DNA of 64,000 bases, taken from the NCBI GenBank assembly GCA_963754315.1, contig CAVWFS010000016.1, positions 64,001 to 128,000 on the forward strand, in the 5' to 3' direction. The translations under genes were made by a program, and so were the position numbers. Below, one piece after another: positions 31,837-41,880 of the stretch (positions are counted from its first letter, which is position 1; each line of letters opens with the position of its first letter). Origin of the DNA: an uncultured Candidatus Rokubacteria bacterium. GTDB taxonomy: Bacteria > Methylomirabilota > Methylomirabilia > Rokubacteriales > CSP1-6. The notes beneath the pieces are model-generated. The model did not search any database. It saw only the letters and a program-made list of their open reading frames with translations, and was not told where the DNA came from.

Positions 31837-31916
31837 CTCCAGTCACGTCCGTAGTGCCCATAGAGTAGCCGAGTCGGCGGCCCGTGGGCCCAGACGGTGG
31901 GCTAGAATCAGCTCAG

Positions 31917-32070
31917 ATGAGTGAACAGGAACAGCGGAGCAGCGCGCCGGCAGTACCGGAGTCTGTGCCTGAGCCGTTCCGTACGGCCCTGGTAGTCGCC
32001 ACGGACGCCTGGGTGGCCGAGCAGGGCGAGCGTCTCGTCTCACTCGTTCTCTTCGGATCGGTCGCCCGCG
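31917..32070 (+). pseudogene. Truncated nucleotidyltransferase (MNT) N-terminus
   Basis: GERLVSLVLFGSVAR then loss of similarity; no DxD; TAGAAT upstream. Confidence 0.6.
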
Positions 32071-32139
32071 TCAAACCGTCCCGTCTCGGCTCGCCTGTCT
32101 CTGCCCTCCCCCACTCCCCCTTTTTGGGCGGCTGGAACC

Positions 32140-32214
32140 TAGCCTCTGGGCGGCCCGGCTCGCTGGCTCGGGCACGAGCAAGGGAACGACCGCCGAGCTG
32201 TCCCAGAACCTCAC
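32140..32214 (-). pseudogene. Truncated VapC toxin (first ~25 codons)
   Basis: GTGA-overlapped start reading MRFWDSSAVVPLL, interrupted near CTAG 32139-32142. Confidence 0.7.
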
Positions 32215-32510
32215 CGCCCCTCCTGGCGTTCCTCGAGAAGCGCGCCGAGCACGCCCGAAGGTCTCTTCGTGGGCGACAGCTTCCTCGCAATCAAGGCGCG
32301 CGGTGGCAGCGCGGTCGCGCGCCGAAGCCCGCCCCGCCGCTCCAGCCTGGCCAGCCGCCCGTCGGGGTCCTGGGCGGCTCCCGTGAGCGCTGACACCAGG
32401 CGCGCGACCGGGCGCCCCCGGTCGGTGATCACGATCGTCTCGCCATGCCGCACCCGATCGATCAGCGCGCTCAGCTGATTCTTCGCCTCGGTTATTGTAG
32501 CTTTCTTCAC
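32211..32510 (-). CDS. Phd/YefM family antitoxin
   Basis: KKATITEAKNQLSALIDRVRHGETIVITDRGRPVARL. Confidence 0.9.
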   Translation of the reverse strand: MKKATITEAKNQLSALIDRVRHGETIVITDRGRPVARLVSALTGAAQDPDGRLARLERRGGLRRATALPPRALIARKLSPTKRPSGVLGALLEERQEGR

Positions 32511-32613
32511 ATGGCTAGAATAGCTTGTGTCGAGTCGATGGGCAAGACGCAACGAGCTGGCGGGAGCTCCACTTCCTCGGTCGGAGAGCGATAGATCGGG
32601 TCGCGCGGAAGCG

Positions 32614-33638
32614 TCAGGCGGCCCACAGCTCGGGAAACTGGACGGCCAACCACTTGGCGAGTGCGGCATTCACGGCGACGGGCTTCTCCTGCGCCATCCA
32701 GTGTCCGGACGGCACAACGACCTCCGTGAGATTGCGACAGTCTCGTCGCATCGGGTCCGCCAGACGGGAATCGACGGTCTCACACGTGTAGTCGTACTCC
32801 CCGTGCAGGAACAGGACAGGCATGGCGAGTTGGCCGCCATTCGCCGCCTTGCTCGCGAACTCGAGGTTCCGTCCGTGGTTCATGTACCAGGAGTCCGGTC
32901 CGAAGAATCCGTTGGCTTCGAGCGCCGCCACGTAGGTGTGAAGATCGCCCTCCGTCAGCACGTCCGTGTCCAGGGGCACATCGGGCGCGTGACCGGCGCC
33001 GCCGAACCAGCCGCCGTCTCGACGCACCTGGGCGGTGCGTGAGGGTTTGCCCTTGCCGCGTGGGCTTCCCTTCCTGAACAGGGCCTTGACCGTGTTGCGG
33101 ACATTGGCCTCGAACCCCGCCCGTGCGCGGTCGAAGCTCTCCTCGTAGAAAAGCTGATAGTCCCACTGTCCGAGGGGATACTGCGCGGATGGATAGACAG
33201 CGCGGTCGACCAACGGCGCCAGTGTGGCCGGGGCAAAGCCTTGCGCGAAATAGGGCACACAGAGATTGGCCACGCCGAGGCATCGCTCGGGATGATGGCT
33301 GGCCATGCTCCAGACCACCGGGCTGCCCCAATCGTGGCCAACCCATACGGCCTTGTCACGGCCCAGCCCATCGAGAAGCTCGAGCATGTCCGCCACACTG
33401 TGCTCCAGCGCGTAGTCATGGTGGCGTGAATACACGCTCGAACGGCCATAGCCCCGCATGTCGGGCGCCACTGCCCGGAACCCAAGACTCGCGAAACACG
33501 GCAGCTGATGCCGCCAGCTGAGGGACAGCTCTGGCCAGCCGTGCACGAACACGATGAGCGGGGCATCGGCGGCCCCGCACGCCAGGTAGAACGTCCGGTG
33601 TCGCTCGGTCTGCAGAAGGTCTCGGTGATTGGAAACAT
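32614..33638 (-). CDS. Soluble epoxide hydrolase-like alpha/beta hydrolase; frameshift near 33615
   Basis: HGWPE, APDMRGYG, GHDWG, GHWMAQE; likely true start MFPITET is in another frame. Confidence 0.9.
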
Positions 33639-33655
33639 TGTGACAACCTCCGCCC

Positions 33656-34081
33656 TCACGTGGGAACGACGGGGAGCCCGAGCGCGCGACCGGCCTGCCG
33701 TACCCTCTCGTCAAGGGTGAGGAGGGCAAGGTCTGGAACACGGGCGCTTGCTAGCACGGCACTGCAAAGATGGAGCGCGTCGAGGGTCCGGATGGGCTCG
33801 AGGGGAAATGGGCGCCGAGCGCGCTCCACAACATTTCCCTCGATCCGCATGATGCTCCAGTGCCTGGCTGCGGCGAGCAGGTCTCCATGCAGCCGAATGG
33901 CGTGGGCGCCAGAAAGGATGCCAGCGGCTTGGCGTCTGATGAGGATGCGGTCACATTCGACCAGGGTCAGATCGGAGGCAAGGACGATCTCGGCGCGGGC
34001 GAGCGTGCGCCGGACGAGGTCGGCCCTGGCTTCGCCAAGCAGCCAGCCGAGGATCGCACTGGACTCCGCGTAGAGGTTCAG
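33656..34081 (-). CDS. vapC: VapC family PIN toxin
   Basis: LYAESSA, LTLVE, RTLDALHL, TLDER; exact start uncertain. Confidence 0.85.
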   Translation of the reverse strand: MNLYAESSAILGWLLGEARADLVRRTLARAEIVLASDLTLVECDRILIRRQAAGILSGAHAIRLHGDLLAAARHWSIMRIEGNVVERARRPFPLEPIRTLDALHLCSAVLASARVPDLALLTLDERVRQAGRALGLPVVPT

Positions 34082-34361
34082 CGTCGCCCCGCTCCTCGTC
34101 GATGAGCCGTTGCAGCTCGCCGGGCTTGAGAAGCCTCGGCATGGGCCGGTACACCTTGGGATCGTTGGGGAGGCCGAGGGTGACGAGCCCGCGACGCGCG
34201 AGCTCGGCCAGGCCTTCTCGACCGGTGGCGGCCTCGCGGGGCGGCACCAGCTCGGCGACGACCTCACCGCGATCAGTGACTTGAATCTCGTGTCCAGCGC
34301 GCACCTGACGCACGTAGTGGCTCAAGCGGATTTTCAGCTGCCGCAGTCCGACCCTTGACAT
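34078..34361 (-). CDS. Phd/YefM family antitoxin (stop probably lost by a 1-nt indel near 34085)
   Basis: VGLRQLK.RLSHYVRQVRAG..I.VTDRG.VVAEL. Confidence 0.85.
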
Positions 34362-34396
34362 ATGCCCAATGTAGCTTCATGGAGCCACATCGTCAA
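34362..34396 (-). promoter_or_regulatory. Sigma70-type promoter/operator of phd-vapC
   Basis: TTGACG-17-TACATT, then 6 nt to ATG; imperfect inverted repeat ATGTAGC/GCCACAT. Confidence 0.75.
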
Positions 34397-34419
34397 GCGA
34401 GGTTGACCGTGCTCTCGCT

Positions 34420-34788
34420 TCACGGCTCGAGGCGAAGCGGGGCGGCCAGACTGAGATTCTGACCGCGGAAGGCCCGCCGATACGCCGTCCGCTCCGACTT
34501 GCCGATGCCGTCCTTGACTGCCTCCAGGACGAAGTGGTGGGCATCTTGACCCGCGAAAACGAAGATCCCCGCCCCATCCGTCTGGGCGGTCGCTCTCGGC
34601 TCGAGCGTGGTCAGCGTCTTCTCCCTCAGGGTCACAGTGGCGCCGGCGACCGGCTGGCCGTCGGTCCCGATGACTCGGCCGGAGATGCGGCCATGGTTGT
34701 GGGTGGCTACGTAGAGGTTCCACGCGATCACCACGAGGGCGAGGGTGCCCAGCACGATGGTGTAGCGACTGAGGAGGATGCGCCGCAT
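34420..34788 (-). CDS. Membrane-anchored carboxypeptidase-regulatory-like domain protein
   Basis: TM anchor; ISGRV...DGQPVAGATVTL...TDGAG.F. Confidence 0.75.
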   Translation of the reverse strand: MRRILLSRYTIVLGTLALVVIAWNLYVATHNHGRISGRVIGTDGQPVAGATVTLREKTLTTLEPRATAQTDGAGIFVFAGQDAHHFVLEAVKDGIGKSERTAYRRAFRGQNLSLAAPLRLEP

Positions 34789-34793
34789 GCGCG

Positions 34794-35606
34794 CTACCCC
34801 TTGGTGGCTCCGGCGGTGAGACCTTCAACGAATTGCCTCTGGGCGAGGACGAAGACAAGGAGGCCGGGGAGCAAGACCATGATGCAGAAGGCATAGAGCG
34901 CGCCCGTGGTGTTCTCGAGGTAGCTGAGAAACGTCGAGAGCCCGAGGGGGAGGGTCTGCATGTCCTGGTTGCGCACCACGATGAGCGGCCACAAGAAATT
35001 GTTCCACGACCAGATGAAGGCCAGGATCACGTTGGTCGCCACCGCGGCTGTCGACAGGGGCAACACGATGCGGGCGAGGATGCGGAGGTCGCCCAGACCG
35101 TCGAGACGAGCGGCGTCGAGGAGCGACCGTGGCACCGCGTCGAAGGCCGCCTTGAACACGAAGATGCACACGATGGTGGAGCAGAGCGGCAGGGCCAGCC
35201 CCAGGTGGGTATTGAGCAGCCGCAGCTCCTTGGTGATGAGGTAGGCGGGGATGATGGTGGCCTGGAAAGGAATCATCATGCAGGAGAGGAGTACGAGCAC
35301 CACCGCCCGCTTGCCTCTGAATCCGAGGGTCAACGCGTAACCCGCCATGGCGTTGAAGACCACGTTGCCCACGACCACGATGAGCGAGACCACCACACTG
35401 TTGACAAGAAAACGCACGAAGGGGATGTAGTACCAGACGTCGACGTAGTAGTAGAGGTGCACGTCGCGCGGGAGGAGGGCGGGCGGGTAGGCGAAGATGT
35501 TGTCGCCGGTGATGCTTGTCCGGAGAACCCAGTAGAGCGGCACCAGCATGGCCGCCGACACGACGAGGAGGGCGAGGTGGATCGGCCAGCTGCGTCCGCG
35601 CCGCAT
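34794..35606 (-). CDS. Carbohydrate ABC permease (MalG-like)
   Basis: DAARLDG, WNNFLWPL, TLPLGL. Confidence 0.92.
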   Translation of the reverse strand: MRRGRSWPIHLALLVVSAAMLVPLYWVLRTSITGDNIFAYPPALLPRDVHLYYYVDVWYYIPFVRFLVNSVVVSLIVVVGNVVFNAMAGYALTLGFRGKRAVVLVLLSCMMIPFQATIIPAYLITKELRLLNTHLGLALPLCSTIVCIFVFKAAFDAVPRSLLDAARLDGLGDLRILARIVLPLSTAAVATNVILAFIWSWNNFLWPLIVVRNQDMQTLPLGLSTFLSYLENTTGALYAFCIMVLLPGLLVFVLAQRQFVEGLTAGATKG

Positions 35607-35613
35607 CCCGGGC

Positions 35614-36513
35614 CTAGTCGGCGGCCTCCACGGCGCCGGCCTCGCCTCCCGACACGCGGTTGGCGGCCCAGGTCACCGCGAGGAGCAGCAGGAACAGCAC
35701 CACGGTCAGGGCGGCCGCATAGTCGAGCTGGCTCAGCACGAAACCCGCCCGATAAATGTAGGTGATCAGCAGCTCCGTCGCGTAATTCGGCCCCCCGCGC
35801 GTCATCACATAGATCAGGTCGAAGCTGGTGAAGGAATTGATGATTCCGAGAACGAGGCAGAGGAAGAGCGACGGCCTGAGCAGTGGCACGGTGATCCGCA
35901 GGAAGCGCTGCGGGCGATCGGCGCCGTCGATGGCGGCCGCCTCATACAGCGCAGCCGGAATGCTCTGCAGCCCCGCCAGCAGGATGATCATGAAGAAGCC
36001 CACGATCTGCCACACGGCGGCCACGATCACGCTCGGCATGGCCCAGGTGAAGGAGTCGAGGAACGGGATGCCCTTGGCGATGAAGCCGAGCCGGATGAGC
36101 GCGTAGTTGATGAGGCCGAGCTTCTCGTCGTAGAGCCAACGCCAGATGATGCCGACCGCCACCGTCATGAGGGGATAGGACACGAAGATGATGGCTCGGT
36201 AGACGGTTCGCCCGCGAATGCCGGCATTGACCAGGAGGGCCAGGGCCAGGGCGAGCGCGATGCCGAGAGGAGCGCTCGACATGTAGACGAGCGTGTTGCG
36301 CAGCGACGTCCAGAACACATCGTCGTGAAGGAGCATCTCCTCGTAGTGGTAGAGGCCGGCGAACTCGGCGGGCCTGAGGGGCGACCACTTCTGGAGGGAG
36401 AGCACGGCGTTCCACCCGAGCGGGATGATGCGGTAGAGGAGGAAAATCGCCAGCGACGGCGCCAGCAGGAGCCAGACGATCCCCTGGCGCCGCCACCAGC
36501 GAGCGATGGTCAC
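35614..36513 (-). CDS. Carbohydrate ABC permease (MalF-like)
   Basis: LYEAAAIDGA, ITVPLLRP, MTRGGP. Confidence 0.92.
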   Translation of the reverse strand: MTIARWWRRQGIVWLLLAPSLAIFLLYRIIPLGWNAVLSLQKWSPLRPAEFAGLYHYEEMLLHDDVFWTSLRNTLVYMSSAPLGIALALALALLVNAGIRGRTVYRAIIFVSYPLMTVAVGIIWRWLYDEKLGLINYALIRLGFIAKGIPFLDSFTWAMPSVIVAAVWQIVGFFMIILLAGLQSIPAALYEAAAIDGADRPQRFLRITVPLLRPSLFLCLVLGIINSFTSFDLIYVMTRGGPNYATELLITYIYRAGFVLSQLDYAAALTVVLFLLLLAVTWAANRVSGGEAGAVEAAD

Positions 36514-37757
36514 CGCTGGAGCACCCGATTCACTTTGCGCTCGGCCTCGGCCAAGGCCTGGGCGGCCGGCTTGCGGCCGAGAAGCGCGGCCTGGATCTCG
36601 GTAAAGAACGCCTCCTTGATCTGGGCATCCTTCGCCTGCCGCCAGTTGCCCACCAGCTTGTCGAGCTGCTCGACTTGCGTCCGGAGGACGGCGTGGGCGA
36701 GAGGATCCTCTTTCTGGAAATACTCCAGGACGCGCGTGTCGACCTTGGTGGCCCCGGTCAAGTTCCGGAGCGTCGTGCCGAAGGTGTAACCCCACTTCTC
36801 GTTGGTGGCCACCTTGATGAAGTCCCAGGCGAGATCGGGATGCTTGCTCGACTTCGAGATGCCGAACCCGTGACTGTTGGGGGTGGAGAACCCGCCCGGC
36901 ATGTGGGTCACGCCCAGCGTCTCCGCGCTTATCCACTTCCCGGTGCCGCGCACGTAGAAGAACGCGGGGGCGTGTGCCTGGTACATTCCCACGGTACCCG
37001 AAGCGAAGGCGTCGTTGGGTTCCACCCAGCGGCCCGTCCAGCTGACCTTGTTGATGGCGCCGTCGGCGGTAGCCTTGGTCAGGGCCTCCAACACCTTCGT
37101 GGCGGCCGGGGTATTAAAGGCGGCCTTCTTGCCGTCCGGGCCCAGCAACTCCACACCGTTCATGGCGAAGAGCGGCCAGTAGAGCCAGTCGAAGTTGAGG
37201 GTCATGAAGCCCGACTTCTCTGCCTTTCCCATGGCCTGCGTGAACGCCATCAGCTCGTCGAACGACTGGGGCGGGCGAGTGAGCCCGGCCTCCTTGAACA
37301 TCGTCTTGTTGTAGAAGAGTAGGGTCTTGCTGATGTAGAAGGGCACCATGTACTGCTTGCCCTCGTAGTTCCAGCTGGGGAGGATGCGCGGGTTGTAGTA
37401 ATCCTTCAGTTCTGGATCGCGGGCCAGATAGGGGCCAAGATCCACCAGACCGTTGTTGGCGGCGTATTCCAGCCAGAGGCCACCTTGCACGTCGATGACG
37501 TCGGGTGCGGTGCCCGCCACCAGCTGCGTCTGGTAGAAGGGGCCCCAGTCGGGGCCCTTCTTGTCGAGCCACTCAACCTGAACATCGGGATGGATCTTCT
37601 TGAAGTCCGCGATCCAGCCCTCGATCTTCTCCTTGTAGATGGGAATGTTCCACGTCAAGAGGCTGATCTTTCTCTGCGACTCCGCCGTTCCTGGAAGGCC
37701 AGCCAAACCCACCGCGAACAGGACAGCTCCCAAGGTCACCAGACGACCCAGCTTCAT
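36510..37757 (-). CDS. Sugar ABC substrate-binding protein (family 1)
   Basis: Signal peptide; AGTAPDV, LFYNKTMFKEAG. Confidence 0.9.
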   Translation of the reverse strand: MKLGRLVTLGAVLFAVGLAGLPGTAESQRKISLLTWNIPIYKEKIEGWIADFKKIHPDVQVEWLDKKGPDWGPFYQTQLVAGTAPDVIDVQGGLWLEYAANNGLVDLGPYLARDPELKDYYNPRILPSWNYEGKQYMVPFYISKTLLFYNKTMFKEAGLTRPPQSFDELMAFTQAMGKAEKSGFMTLNFDWLYWPLFAMNGVELLGPDGKKAAFNTPAATKVLEALTKATADGAINKVSWTGRWVEPNDAFASGTVGMYQAHAPAFFYVRGTGKWISAETLGVTHMPGGFSTPNSHGFGISKSSKHPDLAWDFIKVATNEKWGYTFGTTLRNLTGATKVDTRVLEYFQKEDPLAHAVLRTQVEQLDKLVGNWRQAKDAQIKEAFFTEIQAALLGRKPAAQALAEAERKVNRVLQR

Positions 37758-37786
37758 GATGTGCTCCTTTCCCATCGTGGCCCTCA

Positions 37787-38806
37787 TCAGAACGTCAGGG
37801 CGACCTCGCGCCCCTCGCGCAGGGATCGCTCCACCTCTAGACACACGACGATACGCTTGCGCGCCTCCACCCCTGACACCAGCGCGCGCCGGTCCCGGAA
37901 AGCGGCCACGGTCTGGACGATCTCGTCCTCCAGCTCGAAGAGCTCTCCCGAGGAGCGGAGCTCGATCGCCTCGCACTCCGCCCGCCCGCGCCGCTTGACC
38001 TTCAGCTCGAAGGCCGGGTGCCGGGTGCGGTCCATGGTTCCCGACCACCACGTGCGGATGGCCCCGGCGCTGCCGATGATCTCGACCGTGTGGTGGTGCT
38101 CGAAGCCGGCCAAGGTCTGCGTGATCACGGCGTACAGCGTGCCGGGGAAGCGCACAATGACCGAGAGATTGTCGGCCATCCCGGCGCCGCCCTGTGATCC
38201 GTTGCCGACGGCGAGGACGGCGCGCGGATCACCCCGGCCCTCGAAGTACCACATGACGAAATCGAAGAAATGCACGGGCTCTTCGAGAATCCACGAGCCG
38301 ACTTGGCCGGGCGCGTAGCGCCAATCACCACTGCCACGGCGGTAGGGAAAGCGAAAGAGTGTGACGAGGGCGTAGCGCGGTTCGCCGATCTCTCCCGTGT
38401 CGATCAGACGCTTGATGGCACCCCACTGGCTGGAGAGCCGCAGCTCGTGGCCGATGCTCAAGACGCGATCGTGGGCGGCGGCCGCCGCCAGCAGCCGGTC
38501 GCACCCCTCGACCGTGGTCGCCATGGGTTTTTCGAGAAGCACGTCCTTGCCGGCCTCCAGAGCGGCGCAGCCGATCTCGGCGTGCAGATGGTTGGGCACG
38601 ACGATGTCGACGGCATCGATGCGCGGATCACGGAGGAGGTCTCGGTAGTCGAGGTAGACCGGCACCTCCGGGTGATCGGCGCGCGCCGTGGCGGCGGTGG
38701 CAGTGCTCGCGCAGGCAATGGCGCCGAGTGAGGCCTCCGAGGCCTTGATGATGGCGGCAGCGTGATGTCGCCCCCACGCTCCGTATCCGATGAGCCCGAA
38801 ACGCAC
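37787..38806 (-). CDS. Gfo/Idh/MocA oxidoreductase (inositol dehydrogenase-like)
   Basis: GLIGYGAWG, LEKPM, VHFFD. Confidence 0.92.
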   Translation of the reverse strand: MRFGLIGYGAWGRHHAAAIIKASEASLGAIACASTATAATARADHPEVPVYLDYRDLLRDPRIDAVDIVVPNHLHAEIGCAALEAGKDVLLEKPMATTVEGCDRLLAAAAAHDRVLSIGHELRLSSQWGAIKRLIDTGEIGEPRYALVTLFRFPYRRGSGDWRYAPGQVGSWILEEPVHFFDFVMWYFEGRGDPRAVLAVGNGSQGGAGMADNLSVIVRFPGTLYAVITQTLAGFEHHHTVEIIGSAGAIRTWWSGTMDRTRHPAFELKVKRRGRAECEAIELRSSGELFELEDEIVQTVAAFRDRRALVSGVEARKRIVVCLEVERSLREGREVALTF

Positions 38807-38853
38807 GCGCGGTCCTCGCTAGAGGCGAGCGTCCACGACGTCTGTGCCGGACC

Positions 38854-39792
38854 TCACACCATGGCCTCGCCGGCCTGCCATAGATCGCGAAATCGCGTCG
38901 CCACCACCTGATCGTAAGCGACCGGGCCTGGCAAGAGGCCGATCGCCTGCGCGAACTCGTTCATCGCCGTCACCGCCGCGTGCGATACCGCCGGGTTGTA
39001 GAAGGGCAGATCACGCTTCACGACGGTCGCAATGATCTCGGCCGCATCTGGTGGAAAACGTCGCCGACCCACCTCGGTGGCCCGCTCAGGTTCCTGCTTG
39101 AGGATGCGCTGCGCCTTGACGATGGCCTGCACGGCTCCCGCCACGCGCGTTGGATCACGGGCAATCAGGGTGTCGGTCGTGGAGAGCCCGGCGAACGTGT
39201 ACTGGCCAGCACCGGGTGGACCGTCTCCACGACGAACGTCGACCACGATCTGCCCCACCCCGCGCCGCACGGCAGTCTCACTGCCGAGCGCGTTTGCCCA
39301 GAAACCGTCGACGAGACCGCGTTCGAGCGCATCGGCGGCAAGAACGCCGAAGGAGGCACCGGGGTCGTCGGCGCCCGGCACGGGAGCGATGGCGATGCCG
39401 TCCCGCTTGGGATCGATGCTAACCGCCCTCAGGAGCTGGAGAAATGCGCGGTCGGGCCCCTGAGCGGCTCCGATACGACGGCCCTTGACCGCGTCGATAT
39501 CACCGCGGCGTATGTTGAGGTCGCTGCGTAACACGAGGAGCCAGGGGGTTCCCTCGGAGAGCGTCACCACGACTTTTGCGCCCGTCCAGCCCGGAAAGGC
39601 AAGCAGAGTGCTGTGGGCACCACCCGCCACGAAATCGACCAGACCGTCCCGCAGCGCGTTCACCGCCTCGAGCGACGGCAGCAGCTCGACGTGCGCGTCG
39701 AGTCCTTCCTCGCGGTAGAGCCCGAGCTCCTCGGCGGCAAGAGCTGGGAAGTACGAGTTCGTCACGAGGTCGGGCGTGGCGATCCTGATCAT
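38854..39792 (-). CDS. NMT1/TauA-like substrate-binding protein (no obvious signal peptide)
   Basis: AAEELGLYREEGL, AVKGRRIG. Confidence 0.75.
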   Translation of the reverse strand: MIRIATPDLVTNSYFPALAAEELGLYREEGLDAHVELLPSLEAVNALRDGLVDFVAGGAHSTLLAFPGWTGAKVVVTLSEGTPWLLVLRSDLNIRRGDIDAVKGRRIGAAQGPDRAFLQLLRAVSIDPKRDGIAIAPVPGADDPGASFGVLAADALERGLVDGFWANALGSETAVRRGVGQIVVDVRRGDGPPGAGQYTFAGLSTTDTLIARDPTRVAGAVQAIVKAQRILKQEPERATEVGRRRFPPDAAEIIATVVKRDLPFYNPAVSHAAVTAMNEFAQAIGLLPGPVAYDQVVATRFRDLWQAGEAMV

Positions 39793-39830
39793 GGCAGTCC
39801 TCGCACGGTGAAGGGCATCTGCATCGCGAG

Positions 39831-40722
39831 TTACGCGGCCGCCGGCGCTACCTCCTTGGCCAGGCGCGCCATTGTGCGCATCATGCCGTGGACGTCGACG
39901 CGCGGGAGGTCGAAGGTCAGCCACTCGGCACCCAGCGCCTTGGCACGTCGTACGTCGGCGGCCACCTCGTCGAGCGAGCCCTGGAATGCGGCGCGGCCGG
40001 CGCCCTGCGGGCGGTCGGTCAAGTCGAGAAGATTGCGCGGCGCGAGTCCCGGGGCCTGGCGTCGGCCGGCGCGCTCCGCCATCTCGCGCACCGTGGTGTA
40101 CCCCCTCTCGAGGTCGTCGAGGCTGAGGGAGAGCGGATGCCACGCATCGCCTAGCTCCGCGCAGCGCCGGAGAGCTGCCGGCGAGGCCGCCCCCGGCGAG
40201 CCACCAACCCAGATCGGAGGGTGCGGCTGTTGCACGGGGCGTGGCGAGAATGACGCCCCGGAGAAGGTAAGGAATTCGCCCTTGTAGGACGGGAGGTCGG
40301 TCGGCCCAGGCGGCCTTGATGGCGCGGATGTAGTCATTGCTCATCCGGCCGCGCCGGTGAAACGGAAGCCCGAGATCGACGAACTCCTCCTGGTCCCAGC
40401 CCACTCCCACGCCGAAGATGAAGCGCCCCCTTGAGGCCTGGTCGACCGTGGCCGCAGACTTGGCAGCCACCAGGGCGTTCCGATACGGAAGGACGATGAC
40501 GCTGGCGCCGAGGTAGAGACGACGCGTGCGTCCCGCGAGGAACGCGAGCAGCGCGAAGGGATCCGGCCAGTGCGCCCCGTAGTGCTGCGTGGTGGCCGGC
40601 TTGGCCAGGATGTGATCGGGCACGAAAATCCCGTCGAGACTCAGCTCCTCCGCGCGGACGGCCAGCGCCTCGGCGTCGGCCACGGTGAGCTGCCAGATGG
40701 GGAGCACGGCGCCGAACTTCAT
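39831..40722 (-). CDS. LLM-class F420-dependent oxidoreductase (Rv2161c-like); frameshift near 40302
   Basis: VPDHI, GASVIVLPYR, GVGVGW..EEF, P.QQPHPPIWVGG. Confidence 0.88.
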
Positions 40723-40762
40723 CGTCCACCTCCTCGTCGAGGTGCCTGCAGAGGTCCTTATA

Positions 40763-41827
40763 CTACGGTGAGGCCTCTGCCCGTCGGATAGCCTCCGCGA
40801 GGCGGTCAGCCACGAAGGCGTTGCCGGGACCGGTCATGTGCCGGCGGTAGAATGCCGCGAAGCGCGCGCCATCGCGCGCCTGCACCTCGGCGAGCGGGCC
40901 GTGCAGATCGAGCAGCACGGCCGCCGAGCGGTTCAGGCCCTCCAACACCTCCGTCGCGATGGCTCGTTCTTTGACCGTGAGGCCACGTTCGCCCTGTGCC
41001 ACGACCAGCAGCCGTACCCCCCTCGCGTTGAGATCATCGGAGAGCCCGCGCAGGAGGTGAATGGCCACCCTTCTGCCGTCTTTGTGCACCCGGATGGTGC
41101 GTGGCCCTCCCTCCAGCCAGTAGTGAGGAGCGATCTGCTTCATCACGGTGTGGGCAACGAAGCTATGCCCCAGGATCCGTCGGAGCCCATCCGGCGCCAT
41201 GGGCTGCGGCGGGGGAACCGGCTGAGGACCGGACCGCAACTGGCCGTGCTCGAGGTAAAAGTAGGGCTTGGCGGCGCCGAACTGGCTCAGCTCGCAGCGG
41301 ACGACGTCGTGGGGAGTGAAGCTCACGATGACCCACTCCGGTCGCAGGAGAGGGACGAGCCTTTGTGCGCGCAGCACCGTCTGATCCAAACCGTAGCCGA
41401 ACACGCCGGCGTTCAAGACGGGCCGTCGCAAGGTACGCTCCAGGTGAGCGGGCCATGTCTCGGTGTCGGCGACCTCATCCCCGAACGTGAACGAGTCACC
41501 GACGGCGAGGATGGAGCGGCCGCCGCTTGGGGGATCGCCGGGCCCGTTCGCGCGCAGGCTGGTGGCAGTGATGGTCACCTGCGTGCGCCAGGCGTTGCGA
41601 TCACCCGAAAATCCAGCCTTGGGGATCCAACCTAGCTCGGGATCGTAGCTCACGGGATACGCGCTCTTGAGCAGGCCGCGGTTTCTCTCGAGAAAACTGT
41701 CGGTCCAGTTCCCCGAGCTGGCGCGCACGCCAACTTCGACGATGACCACCGCGCCCAGCACGCCCGCCAGGATCAGAACGAGCGCGAGAGCCGCGGGCCG
41801 CACCCAGAATGAAGGCCGGCGTTCCAC
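40763..41827 (-). CDS. Membrane-anchored SGNH/GDSL-like hydrolase
   Basis: TM anchor; GDSFTFG, LNAGVFGYGLDQ, HMT..GN. Confidence 0.8.
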   Translation of the reverse strand: MERRPSFWVRPAALALVLILAGVLGAVVIVEVGVRASSGNWTDSFLERNRGLLKSAYPVSYDPELGWIPKAGFSGDRNAWRTQVTITATSLRANGPGDPPSGGRSILAVGDSFTFGDEVADTETWPAHLERTLRRPVLNAGVFGYGLDQTVLRAQRLVPLLRPEWVIVSFTPHDVVRCELSQFGAAKPYFYLEHGQLRSGPQPVPPPQPMAPDGLRRILGHSFVAHTVMKQIAPHYWLEGGPRTIRVHKDGRRVAIHLLRGLSDDLNARGVRLLVVAQGERGLTVKERAIATEVLEGLNRSAAVLLDLHGPLAEVQARDGARFAAFYRRHMTGPGNAFVADRLAEAIRRAEASP

Positions 41828-41880
41828 GGCCGCTCAGTCTTTGTGACGGCAAGCGGGCACCTTGCGCGCCGACCCGCTGC

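Noticed and set aside
33951..34361. 136-aa extended Phd overlapping vapC by ~130 nt
   Set aside because: Most likely a 1-nt deletion near 34085 that removed the normal stop/start overlap
38854..40722. 622-aa apparent LLM oxidoreductase-SBP fusion
   Set aside because: An extra base near 40302 shifts the frame; the true LLM C-terminus is in ORF 39831..40337 with its own stop, and the SBP has its own ATG at 39792
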